Shown here: positions 48,348 to 57,364 of the stretch, in pieces
How positions within the stretch are numbered: position 1 is the stretch's first letter
How the letters are laid out: every line of letters starts with the position of its first letter
Made by a program: the position numbers and the translations under genes
The notes under the pieces: generated by a model
What the model was told of the DNA's origin: nothing
Seen by the model: the letters and a program-made list of their open reading frames with translations, nothing else
The model's database searches: none
Assembly: GCA_046583355.1 (NCBI GenBank)
Contig: JAYGCM010000058.1
Span: 1-57,364, forward strand
DNA: 57,364 nucleotides
Direction of reading: 5' to 3'
DNA from: Deltaproteobacteria bacterium
GTDB taxonomy: Bacteria; Desulfobacterota; Binatia; UBA12015

Positions 48348-49247
48348 ATGGTTTCCGAGATTTTCGATCCGACGCGTTGGCGGGCAGTCCCTGGGTTTGA
48401 TTTCCAAGACATCACCTACCATCGCGCTGTAGAGCAGGGCACCGTGCGCATCGCGTTTGACCGCCCGGAGGTGCGTAACGCCTTTCGCCCGAAGACTGTC
48501 GATGAGCTCTACCGCGCGCTCGACCATGCCCGCATGACGACTGATGTGGGTTGCGTGTTGCTCACCGGCAATGGCCCCTCACCGAAGGACGGCGGCTGGG
48601 CGTTCTGCTCCGGAGGCGACCAGCGGATCCGCGGGCGTGATGGCTACAAATACGCCGCCGGTGACGACGCCGCTTCCATCGAGGAGGGCCGGACCGGGCG
48701 TCTGCATATTCTCGAAGTCCAGCGCCTCGTGCGCATGATGCCGAAGGTCGTGATCGCGGTCGTGCCGGGCTGGGCGGTTGGCGGCGGGCATAGTCTGCAT
48801 GTGACGGCCGACCTGACGATTGCCAGCGCCGAGCATGCGATTTTCAAGCAGACCGATACGGATGTGGCGTCGTTTGATGGGGGCTTCGGCTCGGCCTATC
48901 TGGCGCGTCAGATAGGCCAGAAATTCGCCCGCGAGATCTTTTTTCTCGGCAAGAGCTACTCGGCCGAACAGGCGCGCGAAATGGGCATGGTCAACGCCGT
49001 CGTGCCGCATGCCGAACTCGAAGTCCGCGCGCTTGAGTGGGGCGCTGAGATCAACAGCAAAAGTCCGATGGGGCAGCGCATGGCGAAGTTCGCGCTGAAC
49101 CTGATTGATGATGGCCTGGTCGGCCAACAGGTCTTCGCCGGCGAGGCGACACGCCTGGCCTATATGACAGACGAAGCCGAGGAGGGCCGCGATGCCTTTC
49201 TCGAGAAACGGCCGCGCGACTTTTCGGATTTCCCTTGGCATTTCTGA
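48348..49247 (+). CDS. menB: 1,4-dihydroxy-2-naphthoyl-CoA synthase
   Basis: RPEVRNAFRP, AFCSGGDQ, LHILEVQR, VGGGHSLH, SFDGGFG, EGRDAFLEKR. Confidence 0.95.
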   Translation: MVSEIFDPTRWRAVPGFDFQDITYHRAVEQGTVRIAFDRPEVRNAFRPKTVDELYRALDHARMTTDVGCVLLTGNGPSPKDGGWAFCSGGDQRIRGRDGYKYAAGDDAASIEEGRTGRLHILEVQRLVRMMPKVVIAVVPGWAVGGGHSLHVTADLTIASAEHAIFKQTDTDVASFDGGFGSAYLARQIGQKFAREIFFLGKSYSAEQAREMGMVNAVVPHAELEVRALEWGAEINSKSPMGQRMAKFALNLIDDGLVGQQVFAGEATRLAYMTDEAEEGRDAFLEKRPRDFSDFPWHF

Positions 49248-49328
49248 TGCGACGGCCGAAATCGCGTGGGCGCGAGAGTTTCATAAAGGGCGGCTGGCAG
49301 CCAAATGCCGCCGCAGAGGAGAGAGAGA

Positions 49329-49814
49329 ATGTCCGATAGTGAAGCAGCGAAAGCATATGAAGTCTGGAAGGCCGTCGAAGGCAAAGAAGAAGCCACCGGC
49401 GAGTGGATGGAAGTCACCCAGGAGCGGATCAACCAATTCGCCGATGTGACCGATGACCATCAATTCATCCACGTCAATGCTGAAGCCGCCAAGGCGACGC
49501 CCTTTGGCACGACCATCGCGCATGGTTTCCTCACCCTCTCGATGCTGACGCATCTCGACTCGCTCACGCCGAGTGTCTCGGACCCCGCGCGTATTGCCGG
49601 GATCGCCATGGGCATCAACTACGGCTTCGACAAGGTTCGCTTCCCCAGTCCCGTGCCGGTGGGTAGCCGAATCCGCGTCCACCGCCTGCTTTCGCGCGTG
49701 ACGCTCAAGGGTGCCTCCATCGAGATGATGCGCACCATGACGGTGCAGCTCGAAGGCAAGGAGCGCCCGGCCGTGGTGGCCGAGTGGATCACGCGCCTGA
49801 TGTTCACGTCCTGA
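49329..49814 (+). CDS. MaoC family dehydratase
   Basis: QERINQFADVTDDHQFIH, PFGTTIAHGFLTLS, NYGFDKVRF. Confidence 0.9.
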   Translation: MSDSEAAKAYEVWKAVEGKEEATGEWMEVTQERINQFADVTDDHQFIHVNAEAAKATPFGTTIAHGFLTLSMLTHLDSLTPSVSDPARIAGIAMGINYGFDKVRFPSPVPVGSRIRVHRLLSRVTLKGASIEMMRTMTVQLEGKERPAVVAEWITRLMFTS

Positions 49815-51509
49815 TTATTTGAGGGCCTCGGCCCGCGGGCCGGTGGGCCAGGGGTGCCATTCCTTCATGTCTTTGATGAGCGTTTCGCCCTCGGTCAGCC
49901 GGCCCGTCTTTGCATCGACGATACGCCACGCCATCGACTTGCCGAAGAGCGGCTGCGACTCGACGATGATCACGCGCAGCTCGCCTTCCTCGAAGTCGCA
50001 GCGCTCCTGCACCGCGTCGATCAGCTGCTCGTCGTGCAGGTGCCCGTCGCCGAAATTCCAGCCAAGCAGCATGCCGGCAATCATCTCGCCATCGTGCCAA
50101 TCGTAGCGGTGCAGATCCTCGGCGACCTGGGCGAGTGGCAGATGCAGCGCGCGGCCCTGGATATGCATCAGGCGGAAGGCCGGCGTCATGGCACACGAGA
50201 GTTCGACCATATCTTCGTCGTCGATCATGCGGCTGAGTTGCTCGTGCATGGTGGGGATCACCTTGTGGATGCGGGCGAGTTTGTCGACCGAGTCGTCGCG
50301 GAAGAGCCAAACGCTATAGGCCCAATTGCCGGCGTAATAGCGCATGGAGAGCAGGAACGAGACCCAACGCGGGAAGAAGTTCCCGACCAGGGGCACGACG
50401 ATCAGCATCAGGGACAGGAAGGCCAGCAGCGGCCATGCGGTCGTCAAGGCAGAGATGGGCACGGCGGCGAAATGGCCGAAGAGCACGAAGCCGCCGAAGA
50501 CCATCATGATATTCCACTCGATCGGCATGCCACTGGGCGCATTGCCGGCAATGAAGGAGTGGAAGAGCAGCATGGCGACCAGCGCATAGGGTGTGATCGG
50601 GCCACCGGCGCTCGCGATCAGCACCATGGGAAAGGTGAACTCGACCAATGTGCCGGCATGGGCGAGATGCTTGGCGAGGCCGGAGGGGCGCAGGTCGGTC
50701 GGGAACTCGCGGTAGAATCTGCGGTAGATGGAGCGCGGGATGAAGGGGCTATTGGTCAGCATCACGGCGATCACGGAAGGGAAATGGCTGTTCAGTTTCG
50801 ACGCCGCAGCCCAGAACCAGATGCCGAACCAAACGGCCTTCGCGCCGGCGATCCAGACCTCGCCCGGCGCCATGAGAAAACAAAGGCAGACCAGCGCCAG
50901 ATAATAATGGTCGCCGCGAAAACCAATGAAGGTTGTTTTGTCGCTCAGGCCGAGAAGCGGAATCAGCACGGCCAGAGGCAGCAGCATATTGAGGCTGATC
51001 TCGTCGGCGACGAGTCCGCCGATAAGGAAAACGTAAATTGCGGCGTAGAGGGCGACATCGAGAAGCGTGCGGCGGGTGCCGCCGAATAGGGGCAGGCCGG
51101 GCCATTGCGGAAGCTTGGTCGTGCCGGGCCGCGCGAAATGCAGCACGCCGCCGATGGGCGGTAGGAAGCGTCCGGTCATCGGCCCCGAGGAGCAGCCGAG
51201 TCCGAGGCCCTCGTAGGCCAGCGACCAGAGAATGGCCTTCTGGAAGGCGGTGGCCGTCATCGCCCAGGTCGTGAAATCGGCAAGGCCACCCATGCCGGGC
51301 GTGAGCGAGCAGAAGAACCACCAACCGCCAATATAGATCAGCAGGTATTTGGCGAGGTAGCCCAGATAGATCGCCGCCGGTGTGGCGCTGCGGCCCAATG
51401 CCCAGCGCAGGCAGATCGTTTGCAGGCGTTCGGCGTAGGGCTGGGCCCGCAATGCGTGGATATCGTCGGTCGGGTCGGGCATTGCCTGCTGCGCGGGATT
51501 CTCGGACAT
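49815..51509 (-). CDS. DUF3556 family multi-pass membrane protein
   Basis: [62 protein letters not shown] 51509. Confidence 0.8.
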   Translation of the reverse strand: MSENPAQQAMPDPTDDIHALRAQPYAERLQTICLRWALGRSATPAAIYLGYLAKYLLIYIGGWWFFCSLTPGMGGLADFTTWAMTATAFQKAILWSLAYEGLGLGCSSGPMTGRFLPPIGGVLHFARPGTTKLPQWPGLPLFGGTRRTLLDVALYAAIYVFLIGGLVADEISLNMLLPLAVLIPLLGLSDKTTFIGFRGDHYYLALVCLCFLMAPGEVWIAGAKAVWFGIWFWAAASKLNSHFPSVIAVMLTNSPFIPRSIYRRFYREFPTDLRPSGLAKHLAHAGTLVEFTFPMVLIASAGGPITPYALVAMLLFHSFIAGNAPSGMPIEWNIMMVFGGFVLFGHFAAVPISALTTAWPLLAFLSLMLIVVPLVGNFFPRWVSFLLSMRYYAGNWAYSVWLFRDDSVDKLARIHKVIPTMHEQLSRMIDDEDMVELSCAMTPAFRLMHIQGRALHLPLAQVAEDLHRYDWHDGEMIAGMLLGWNFGDGHLHDEQLIDAVQERCDFEEGELRVIIVESQPLFGKSMAWRIVDAKTGRLTEGETLIKDMKEWHPWPTGPRAEALK

Positions 51510-51599
51510 GATTCCTGACTTTCGGTTTTGCGAATTCGCGGGCGGAGCAAGGGGGCAGCCCCGCGACAATTCCCCATGGTTGTGCCAAACCCGGAGGGG

Positions 51600-53054
51600 A
51601 TGAACCAGCCGGACGGAAATCTGGATGCCGTGATCGTTGGCGCGGGGCCCAATGGTCTGGCCGCCGCGGTGGCCTTGCAGCGCGCCGGCGCGTCGGTGCT
51701 GGTGCTCGAAGCTGCGCCGGCGATCGGCGGCAGCACGCGGACCGTGGAACTGACCCTGCCGGGCTTCCACCACGATACCTGCTCGGCGGCGCATCCGATG
51801 GGCATTCTCTCGCCTTTCTTCCGCGAACTGCCGCTGGCCGAGCATGGTCTGGAGTGGTTGCAGCCCCAGGCCTCGGTGGCACACCCGCTCGACGACGGCC
51901 CTGCTGTGCTGCTCTGGCGGTCGCTGGACCGCACGGCCGACCAGCTCGGACGCGACGGAGCAAATTACCGTCGTCTGCTCGAGCCCCTGCTGCGCAACCC
52001 GGAAGTTCTGATGCGCGATATTCTCGGGCCCTTGGGCTGGCCCGCGGCACCGCTCTCGTTTTTGCGCTTCGGGCTGCGCGGCCTGTGGCCGGCGAGTTGG
52101 CTTGCGGGCACCTTGTTTCGCGAAGAGCCGGCACGCGCGCTTTTTGCCGGCAATGCGGCGCATGCGATCTTGCCGCTTTCGCAGCCAATGACGGCAGCCT
52201 TTGGCCTGATGTTCGCGCTGGCCGGGCATATGGAGGAGTGGCCGGTCGCGCGCGGCGGCTCGGCTGCGATTGCCACAGCGCTGGCCGCCCTTCTCCAGCA
52301 AGAAGGTGGTGAGATCCGCACGGATTGCCGCGTCCGGACGCTGGCGGATCTGCCTGCCGCGCGGGTTTATCTATTTGATACGGACCCGCGCCAGCTCGCA
52401 CGAATTGCGGGCGATGCCCTCCCGTCCGGCTACCGCCGTCGGCTTGAGCGTTTCCGTTATGGGCCGGGTGTCTGTAAGCTTGACATGGCGCTTGACGGGC
52501 CGATTCCCTGGGCGGACGCGCGTTGTGCGGCTGCCTCGACGGTTCATGTGGGTGGTACGCTGGCCGAGATCGCCGCGAGTGAGGCCGCGATGTGGCGCGG
52601 CGAGCATGCCGAGCGGCCCTTTTTGATTGTCGTTCAGCAAAGCAGTCTGGATGATAGCCGGGCACCGGAAGGGAAGCAGACAGGATACGCTTATTGCCAC
52701 GTCCCGGCGGGGTCGAACGTGGATATGACAGAGCGCATCGAGGCGCAGATCGAGCGCTTTGCGCCTGGCTTCCGTGACCGGATTCTGGCGCGCCATACGA
52801 CGACGGCCACGGATTTTGCGGCGATCAATCCGAACCTGGTCGGTGGCGCGATCGGCGGCGGTGTCGCCGACGCGGCGCAACTCTTCACCCGACCGGTCGC
52901 ACGGTTCGATCCCTACTCGACGCCGAATCCGCGTCTTTTCCTATGCTCGGCCTCGACGCCTCCGGGCGGCGGGGTGCACGGGATGTGCGGCTATTATGCA
53001 GCGCAAAGTGCGCTGCGACGCCTGCCCGGGCTTCGCGCCGGACCTCTAGCTTAG
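51600..53054 (+). CDS. Phytoene desaturase-like FAD-dependent oxidoreductase
   Basis: [45 protein letters not shown]. Confidence 0.88.
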   Translation: MNQPDGNLDAVIVGAGPNGLAAAVALQRAGASVLVLEAAPAIGGSTRTVELTLPGFHHDTCSAAHPMGILSPFFRELPLAEHGLEWLQPQASVAHPLDDGPAVLLWRSLDRTADQLGRDGANYRRLLEPLLRNPEVLMRDILGPLGWPAAPLSFLRFGLRGLWPASWLAGTLFREEPARALFAGNAAHAILPLSQPMTAAFGLMFALAGHMEEWPVARGGSAAIATALAALLQQEGGEIRTDCRVRTLADLPAARVYLFDTDPRQLARIAGDALPSGYRRRLERFRYGPGVCKLDMALDGPIPWADARCAAASTVHVGGTLAEIAASEAAMWRGEHAERPFLIVVQQSSLDDSRAPEGKQTGYAYCHVPAGSNVDMTERIEAQIERFAPGFRDRILARHTTTATDFAAINPNLVGGAIGGGVADAAQLFTRPVARFDPYSTPNPRLFLCSASTPPGGGVHGMCGYYAAQSALRRLPGLRAGPLA

Positions 53055-53423
53055 AATCTCATTTGCGTGCTGCTCAGCTGGGCGCGTGCTCGGCGTTTTC
53101 CTGATTTCTTGATTTCTTGATCTGTTGTTGCGTATTCCTGTTGTTGGGTTGTCGGGTTCTTGGGGTGCCTCGAGGCAGAGGTTGGTGCCCTGCGCGTTGC
53201 GTCGCACGACGAGGCGCAAATCAGTTGGCGTATGCGCCAGGCCTTCGCTGATCGCGCCTACATAGCGGCGCAGGGTGCGCCGCGAGATGCCGAGATCCAT
53301 GCAGGTCTCGTCGGCGTCGCAGCCGTCCGGTTGGCGCAAAAGGCGGTCGATCAGCTGAACCACCCGCACGATGGATTGGTAGCCCTGTCGTTCGGAGCCG
53401 TTCGCATGCGCAGTTTTGTTCAT
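53046..53423 (-). CDS. Small HTH-only protein (HTH_11/WYL-regulator N-terminus-like)
   Basis: RVVQLIDRL, LGISRRTLRRY; low-complexity tail; start uncertain (53423 or 53513). Confidence 0.55.
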   Translation of the reverse strand: MNKTAHANGSERQGYQSIVRVVQLIDRLLRQPDGCDADETCMDLGISRRTLRRYVGAISEGLAHTPTDLRLVVRRNAQGTNLCLEAPQEPDNPTTGIRNNRSRNQEIRKTPSTRPAEQHANEILS

Positions 53424-53620
53424 GACGTAGGTGGTGGGGGCACCTTGAGTCGTTAATGGTCCTTGTTGCACGATTTCCGACGCTGAACAAGCCAATGAGG
53501 AATAATGGGGCACAATTCATTCCGGAGGACGAGCCGGACGCGCAATGGCATCGTATGGCGATGTATGGGCAACAAGGGGGGGGTGCCGATTCTGAACTTT
53601 ATTGATTGTGGGGTGCGTCG

Positions 53621-55864
53621 ATGCGGATTCTGTTGAGGTTTGCGGCGGTTCTCGCGGGATTGATCTTCCTCGCCTCGATGGCCGCCGTGGTGGCCGGGTT
53701 GGGTACCTTTGGTGAGCGCGAGGGCCGTGGTGAGGTGAGTGCGGCGCCGCGCACGGAAGCGGCCTTGGCGGCAGTAGAGGCCGCGCAGGCCAATGCCGCC
53801 CGTGCGCTAGGTGCGAATCCGGCCAAGCAGATTCTTTTCGGCGATTTGCATGTGCATACGACCTTCTCCGCCGATGCCTTCACCTTCAGCCTGCCGATGA
53901 CCGGCGGCGAGGGCGGGCATCCTCCGGCCGATGCCTGTGATTTTGCGCGCCATTGCGCAGCACTCGATTTTTATTCGATCAACGACCACGCCGGGAATCT
54001 TTCGCCGCGGCATTGGCAGGAGACGATCGCCTCCATCCGTCAATGCAATGCGGTGGCCGGCGACTCGGGCGATATGGTCGCCTTCCTCGGGTGGGAATGG
54101 ACCCAGGCGGGGCTGACGCCGGAGACGCATTTCGGTCACAAGAATGTGGTGCTGCGCCATACCGATGATGCGCGGATTCCCGCGCGCCCGGTCGCCGCTA
54201 CCAAGGAGGAGGGGCAGAACGTGGGCCAGCTGGGCCTGCTCGTACGCGGCGGTGCTGCCCTGGCGATGGGTGGTCGCTTTCATGATTGGGCGGCGTACCT
54301 GACCGAGCTCGCCAATATTCGCGATTGTCCCGCTGGCCTGTCGGTCCGCGAGTTGCCCGGTTCTTGTAGGGAAGCCGTCGCGACGCCGGCCGAACTCTTC
54401 GAGAAGCTTGATGATTGGGGGCATGAATCAATCGTCATCCCGCATGGCACAAGTTGGGGGATCTACACGCCGCCCGGCTCAAGTTGGGACAAACAACTCA
54501 AGGGAGCGATGCATGACGGCGATCGCCAGACCTTGTTGGAGGTCTACTCCGGCCATGGCGACTCCGAGGTGTACCGCGATTGGCGTGCGATCGAATTCGA
54601 TGCGTCCGGTCGGCCGCGCTGTCCGGCGCCGCGTACGCATTATACCGCTGCTTGCTGGCGTGCGGGCGAGATCATCTTCGCGCGCTGCCGCGCCGAGGGG
54701 CAAGCCGAGGCCGAATGTGAGGCGCGCGCCGCGCTGGCGCGCACGCGCCATTTAGCGCTCGGGCAGGCCGGTCATTTGGTCGTGCCAGCCGCGGTGGCGG
54801 AAGATTGGCTCGATAGCGGCCAGTGTCAGGATTGTCGCCAACCGGCGTTCAATTACCGGCCGGCCGGCTCGGCGCAATATATTCTCGCGTTGGGCAACTT
54901 CGACGAGGACCCGGCGGCACCACGGCGCTTTCGCATGGGGTTGATGGCATCGAGCGACAATCATTTCGCGCGCGCCGGTTCCGGCTACAAAGAGGTCGCA
55001 CGCCGCGGTATGACGGAGTCGTTGCTGGCGAGCCGTGGCGGCGACGATCTCGGGCCGGCGGCATCACTCATCCTGCCACCGGCACGGGCGAAGGTCGCCC
55101 ACTCGCTTTCCCCAAGCGAGGCGATCGACGGCGTGATCGGTTTCCAGCGCTTCGAGTCCGAGCGCTCGGCGTCCTTTCTGATCACCGGCGGCCTGATCGC
55201 GGTTCATGCCGAGGGCCGCAGCCGTGATGCGATCTGGCAGAGTCTGCAGCGCAAGGAAGTCTACGGCACGACCGGGCCGCGTATCTTGCTTTGGTTTGAC
55301 CTAGTGAACGGGCCCGAAGGGCGCGCGCGGATGGGCAGCGAACTCGCCATGGCCGACGCGCCGGTATTTGAGGTGCGAGCGGCCGGTTCCTTCACGCAGA
55401 ACCCCGGTTGCCCCGAAGGCCCGATCACGGCGCTGGGTGACGAGGATATCGCACGCCTCTGCAAGGGCGAATGCTACCATCCCAGCGATACGCGCCGCGC
55501 GATCACGCGCATTGAAATCGTGCGCATCCGTCCGCAAATCGAAGAGGGCGAAGATATCGTCAATCTGATCGATGACCCGTGGCGCGGCTTTGTGTGTGCG
55601 GCCGACGGCGAAGGTTGCACGGCACGGTTTCGCGACGAGGATTTCGTTGCCGGTGCGCGCGAGGCCGTCTATTATGCACGCGTCTTCGAGGAGAAGGCCC
55701 CCGGCATCAACGCGCAGAACCTGCGCTGCGAGCGTGACGCTGCCGGCAAATGCCTATCGGTGCAGATCTGCCCCGGTGCGGCCGGTGCCGAGGACCAATG
55801 CCTTGCCGGGCACGAGCCGCGTGCCTGGAGTTCGCCAATCCGGCTCTTGCCGCCGGGCCACTAG
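53621..55864 (+). CDS. DUF3604 family protein (paralog 3), membrane-anchored
   Basis: N-terminal hydrophobic helix; FGDLHVHT, SINDHA, GWEWT, GHKNV, IPH, SSDNH, YGTTGPRI, RAWSSPI. Confidence 0.82.
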   Translation: MRILLRFAAVLAGLIFLASMAAVVAGLGTFGEREGRGEVSAAPRTEAALAAVEAAQANAARALGANPAKQILFGDLHVHTTFSADAFTFSLPMTGGEGGHPPADACDFARHCAALDFYSINDHAGNLSPRHWQETIASIRQCNAVAGDSGDMVAFLGWEWTQAGLTPETHFGHKNVVLRHTDDARIPARPVAATKEEGQNVGQLGLLVRGGAALAMGGRFHDWAAYLTELANIRDCPAGLSVRELPGSCREAVATPAELFEKLDDWGHESIVIPHGTSWGIYTPPGSSWDKQLKGAMHDGDRQTLLEVYSGHGDSEVYRDWRAIEFDASGRPRCPAPRTHYTAACWRAGEIIFARCRAEGQAEAECEARAALARTRHLALGQAGHLVVPAAVAEDWLDSGQCQDCRQPAFNYRPAGSAQYILALGNFDEDPAAPRRFRMGLMASSDNHFARAGSGYKEVARRGMTESLLASRGGDDLGPAASLILPPARAKVAHSLSPSEAIDGVIGFQRFESERSASFLITGGLIAVHAEGRSRDAIWQSLQRKEVYGTTGPRILLWFDLVNGPEGRARMGSELAMADAPVFEVRAAGSFTQNPGCPEGPITALGDEDIARLCKGECYHPSDTRRAITRIEIVRIRPQIEEGEDIVNLIDDPWRGFVCAADGEGCTARFRDEDFVAGAREAVYYARVFEEKAPGINAQNLRCERDAAGKCLSVQICPGAAGAEDQCLAGHEPRAWSSPIRLLPPGH

Positions 55865-55934
55865 AGGTGCGGCCGCAAGCGCCGCTCGGATGCAGGTCGG
55901 TGGATCGGCTGGGTTTCGAGGATGGCGCTGGTGG

Positions 55935-56798
55935 TCAGCCGCCGGCGCCGGCGGTGCGGGACTTCCTATGGCGGGTATCCTTCTCGAACCTCTTGGCGAG
56001 GCGACGTGCGGCGAAGCCCGGAAAGATCCGGTCGAGGCGGTAGGCGAGCCGCCAGAAGCGCGGCAGGATGATGATCTCCTGGTTGGCGGCGACCCCATCA
56101 AGTGCGGCTTTGGCAAACTCGTCGGCGTTCATCGGGCGCGCGCGCTCGATATCGGCCGGGTCGAGTCCGCTGGAGGCCCAACCCATGGCTTTACCGAAAA
56201 TGCCACCGTCTTTCAGGATTTCGGTACGGATCACGCCGGGGCAAAAGGCGCTGACGCGGACGCCGGTGGCGGCGCATTCGGCGCGCAGCGAGCGCGTCAA
56301 CCCGACCACCGCGTGCTTGGTTGCGGCGTAGGCCGTGAGCCCCGGGCAGGGGATCTGGCCGGCCATCGAGGCGGTGTTCACGATATGGCCAAAGCCTTGC
56401 TCCAACAGGATTGGGTAGACCGAGTGGACACCGTGGACCACGCCCATCAGGTTCACGTCGATGAGATAGCGCCAGTCCTCGATGCTATGGTCCTCGACCG
56501 GCCCGCCCATGCCGATACCGGCGTTGTTGAAGAGGTAATCGATTCGGCCTTCACGCTCGCGGACCTCCGTGACGACCGCGGCGAAGGCGTCTGCGTCGCG
56601 TACATCGAGCGCGACGGCTCGCGCCGAGTCGCCGAGTTCGCGCGCGATTCCTTGGGCCATCTCAAGTTGGCGGTCGGCGAGAATGACAGTGGCGCCGCGG
56701 CGTGCCAGCTCGCGCGACAGAGCCGCGCCGATGCCGGAAGCAGCGCCGGTGACGAGTGCAATGGCGCCGGAGTAAGTGCGAATTTGATTGGAGGGCAT
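55935..56798 (-). CDS. Short-chain dehydrogenase/reductase
   Basis: TGAASGIG, NNAG, YAATK. Confidence 0.9.
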   Translation of the reverse strand: MPSNQIRTYSGAIALVTGAASGIGAALSRELARRGATVILADRQLEMAQGIARELGDSARAVALDVRDADAFAAVVTEVREREGRIDYLFNNAGIGMGGPVEDHSIEDWRYLIDVNLMGVVHGVHSVYPILLEQGFGHIVNTASMAGQIPCPGLTAYAATKHAVVGLTRSLRAECAATGVRVSAFCPGVIRTEILKDGGIFGKAMGWASSGLDPADIERARPMNADEFAKAALDGVAANQEIIILPRFWRLAYRLDRIFPGFAARRLAKRFEKDTRHRKSRTAGAGG

Positions 56799-56913
56799 TC
56801 CTCAAGCTCTCCCATCCCGCGGCCTTTTCGGCAAGCCGAGTCGGTCAGCTGGTCCGTTGCGGGGCTCTTCTGTTCAAAGTGCGGTGCGGTCGGTCGCCGC
56901 CGCGGCCGCGGCG

Positions 56914-57364
56914 CTACTCTGGTCGGAATTCGAGGCCGCGCAGAAAGACATCGGTCAGGGTATTGGCGGCGTCTTCGGCCGAGCCCTGAATCACGTCGAC
57001 AATATCGGGGTGGGTAAATTCGCGGCCGAGGCTACCGAGGATATGCGCGACCGCGGCCGTATCTACGGCCGGGATGCTGTGCTCGGCGACGGCACGGTCG
57101 AGCAGGTTCTGCACCACCGCGATGACGTAATTTTCGTGTGCATCGGTCAATCGGCCCGCCCCTGCGACGGCGGCGAAATGGCGGGACATATCGAAGGTCT
57201 GCGGTTGCACGGCGCGGTGCGCGGCGTGCAAATAGGCGCGCAGGAGGGCGAGTGGCGGCAGCGTGGCATCGAGCGATTCGATCGCCTGGCGACCGATCCG
57301 GTGCAGGCGGCGGTCGGCGACCGAAAGCAGGAGCTCGTCGCGCGTCGGTGCGATTCCGTAGAGC
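56914..57364 (-). CDS. TetR/AcrR family regulator, 5' end outside the window
   Basis: Frame is open to the window edge: LYGIAPTRDELLL.. (end of a TetR HTH) followed by a helical C-terminal domain. Confidence 0.65.
   Translation of the reverse strand, partial: LYGIAPTRDELLLSVADRRLHRIGRQAIESLDATLPPLALLRAYLHAAHRAVQPQTFDMSRHFAAVAGAGRLTDAHENYVIAVVQNLLDRAVAEHSIPAVDTAAVAHILGSLGREFTHPDIVDVIQGSAEDAANTLTDVFLRGLEFRPE

Noticed and set aside
51510..52301. 264-aa N-terminal extension of the DUF3556 ORF (828 aa in the track)
   Set aside because: Overlaps the plus-strand oxidoreductase in antisense; ATG 51509 gives a sensible protein
50749..52665. 638-aa Arg/Pro-rich ORF
   Set aside because: Off-frame shadow with low-complexity composition
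51600..53054. Carotenoid biosynthesis cluster (crtI)
   Set aside because: No crtB, crtE or cyclase nearby; generic desaturase-like family
30640..57364. Genomic island integrated at ssrA
   Set aside because: No integrase, no att duplicate and no evident compositional break downstream

Overview
GC-rich bacterial chromosomal window, densely packed with about 50 genes. No integrase, transposase, phage gene, CRISPR array, rRNA or tRNA was recognised. Housekeeping content: a Yej-type peptide ABC transporter with its second permease fused to the ATPase, aroF-apaG, etfBA plus a membrane ETF:quinone oxidoreductase-like protein, a panB-panC fusion with panD behind a pan-motif-like structured leader, smpB, tmRNA and menB. 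The rest is mostly lipid/steroid/organic catabolism: SDRs, MaoC hydratases including a ChsH2/ChsH1-like pair, an acyl-CoA dehydrogenase, an LLM, a sulfatase, esterases, an amidohydrolase, three DUF3604 PHP-like paralogs and several exported lipoproteins. The gene mix suggests an uncultured deltaproteobacterial-type lineage (Binatota/Myxococcota-like); this is low-confidence inference. Best leads: (i) a DUF3556 membrane protein with motifs resembling the vitamin K-dependent gamma-carboxylase/HTTM fold, two genes from menB; (ii) an extended pan RNA leader ahead of a PanB-PanC fusion; (iii) the DUF3604 trio, two copies next to orphan DNA-binding microgenes; (iv) a rearranged smpB-ssrA interval (inverted 35-bp repeats, an internally deleted LLM remnant, a monoheme lipoprotein); (v) a dispersed TAGAG-N3-CGGC(C)G motif at gene ends. 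All family calls come from motif recognition by eye, not database searches, and no complete novel system is demonstrated.
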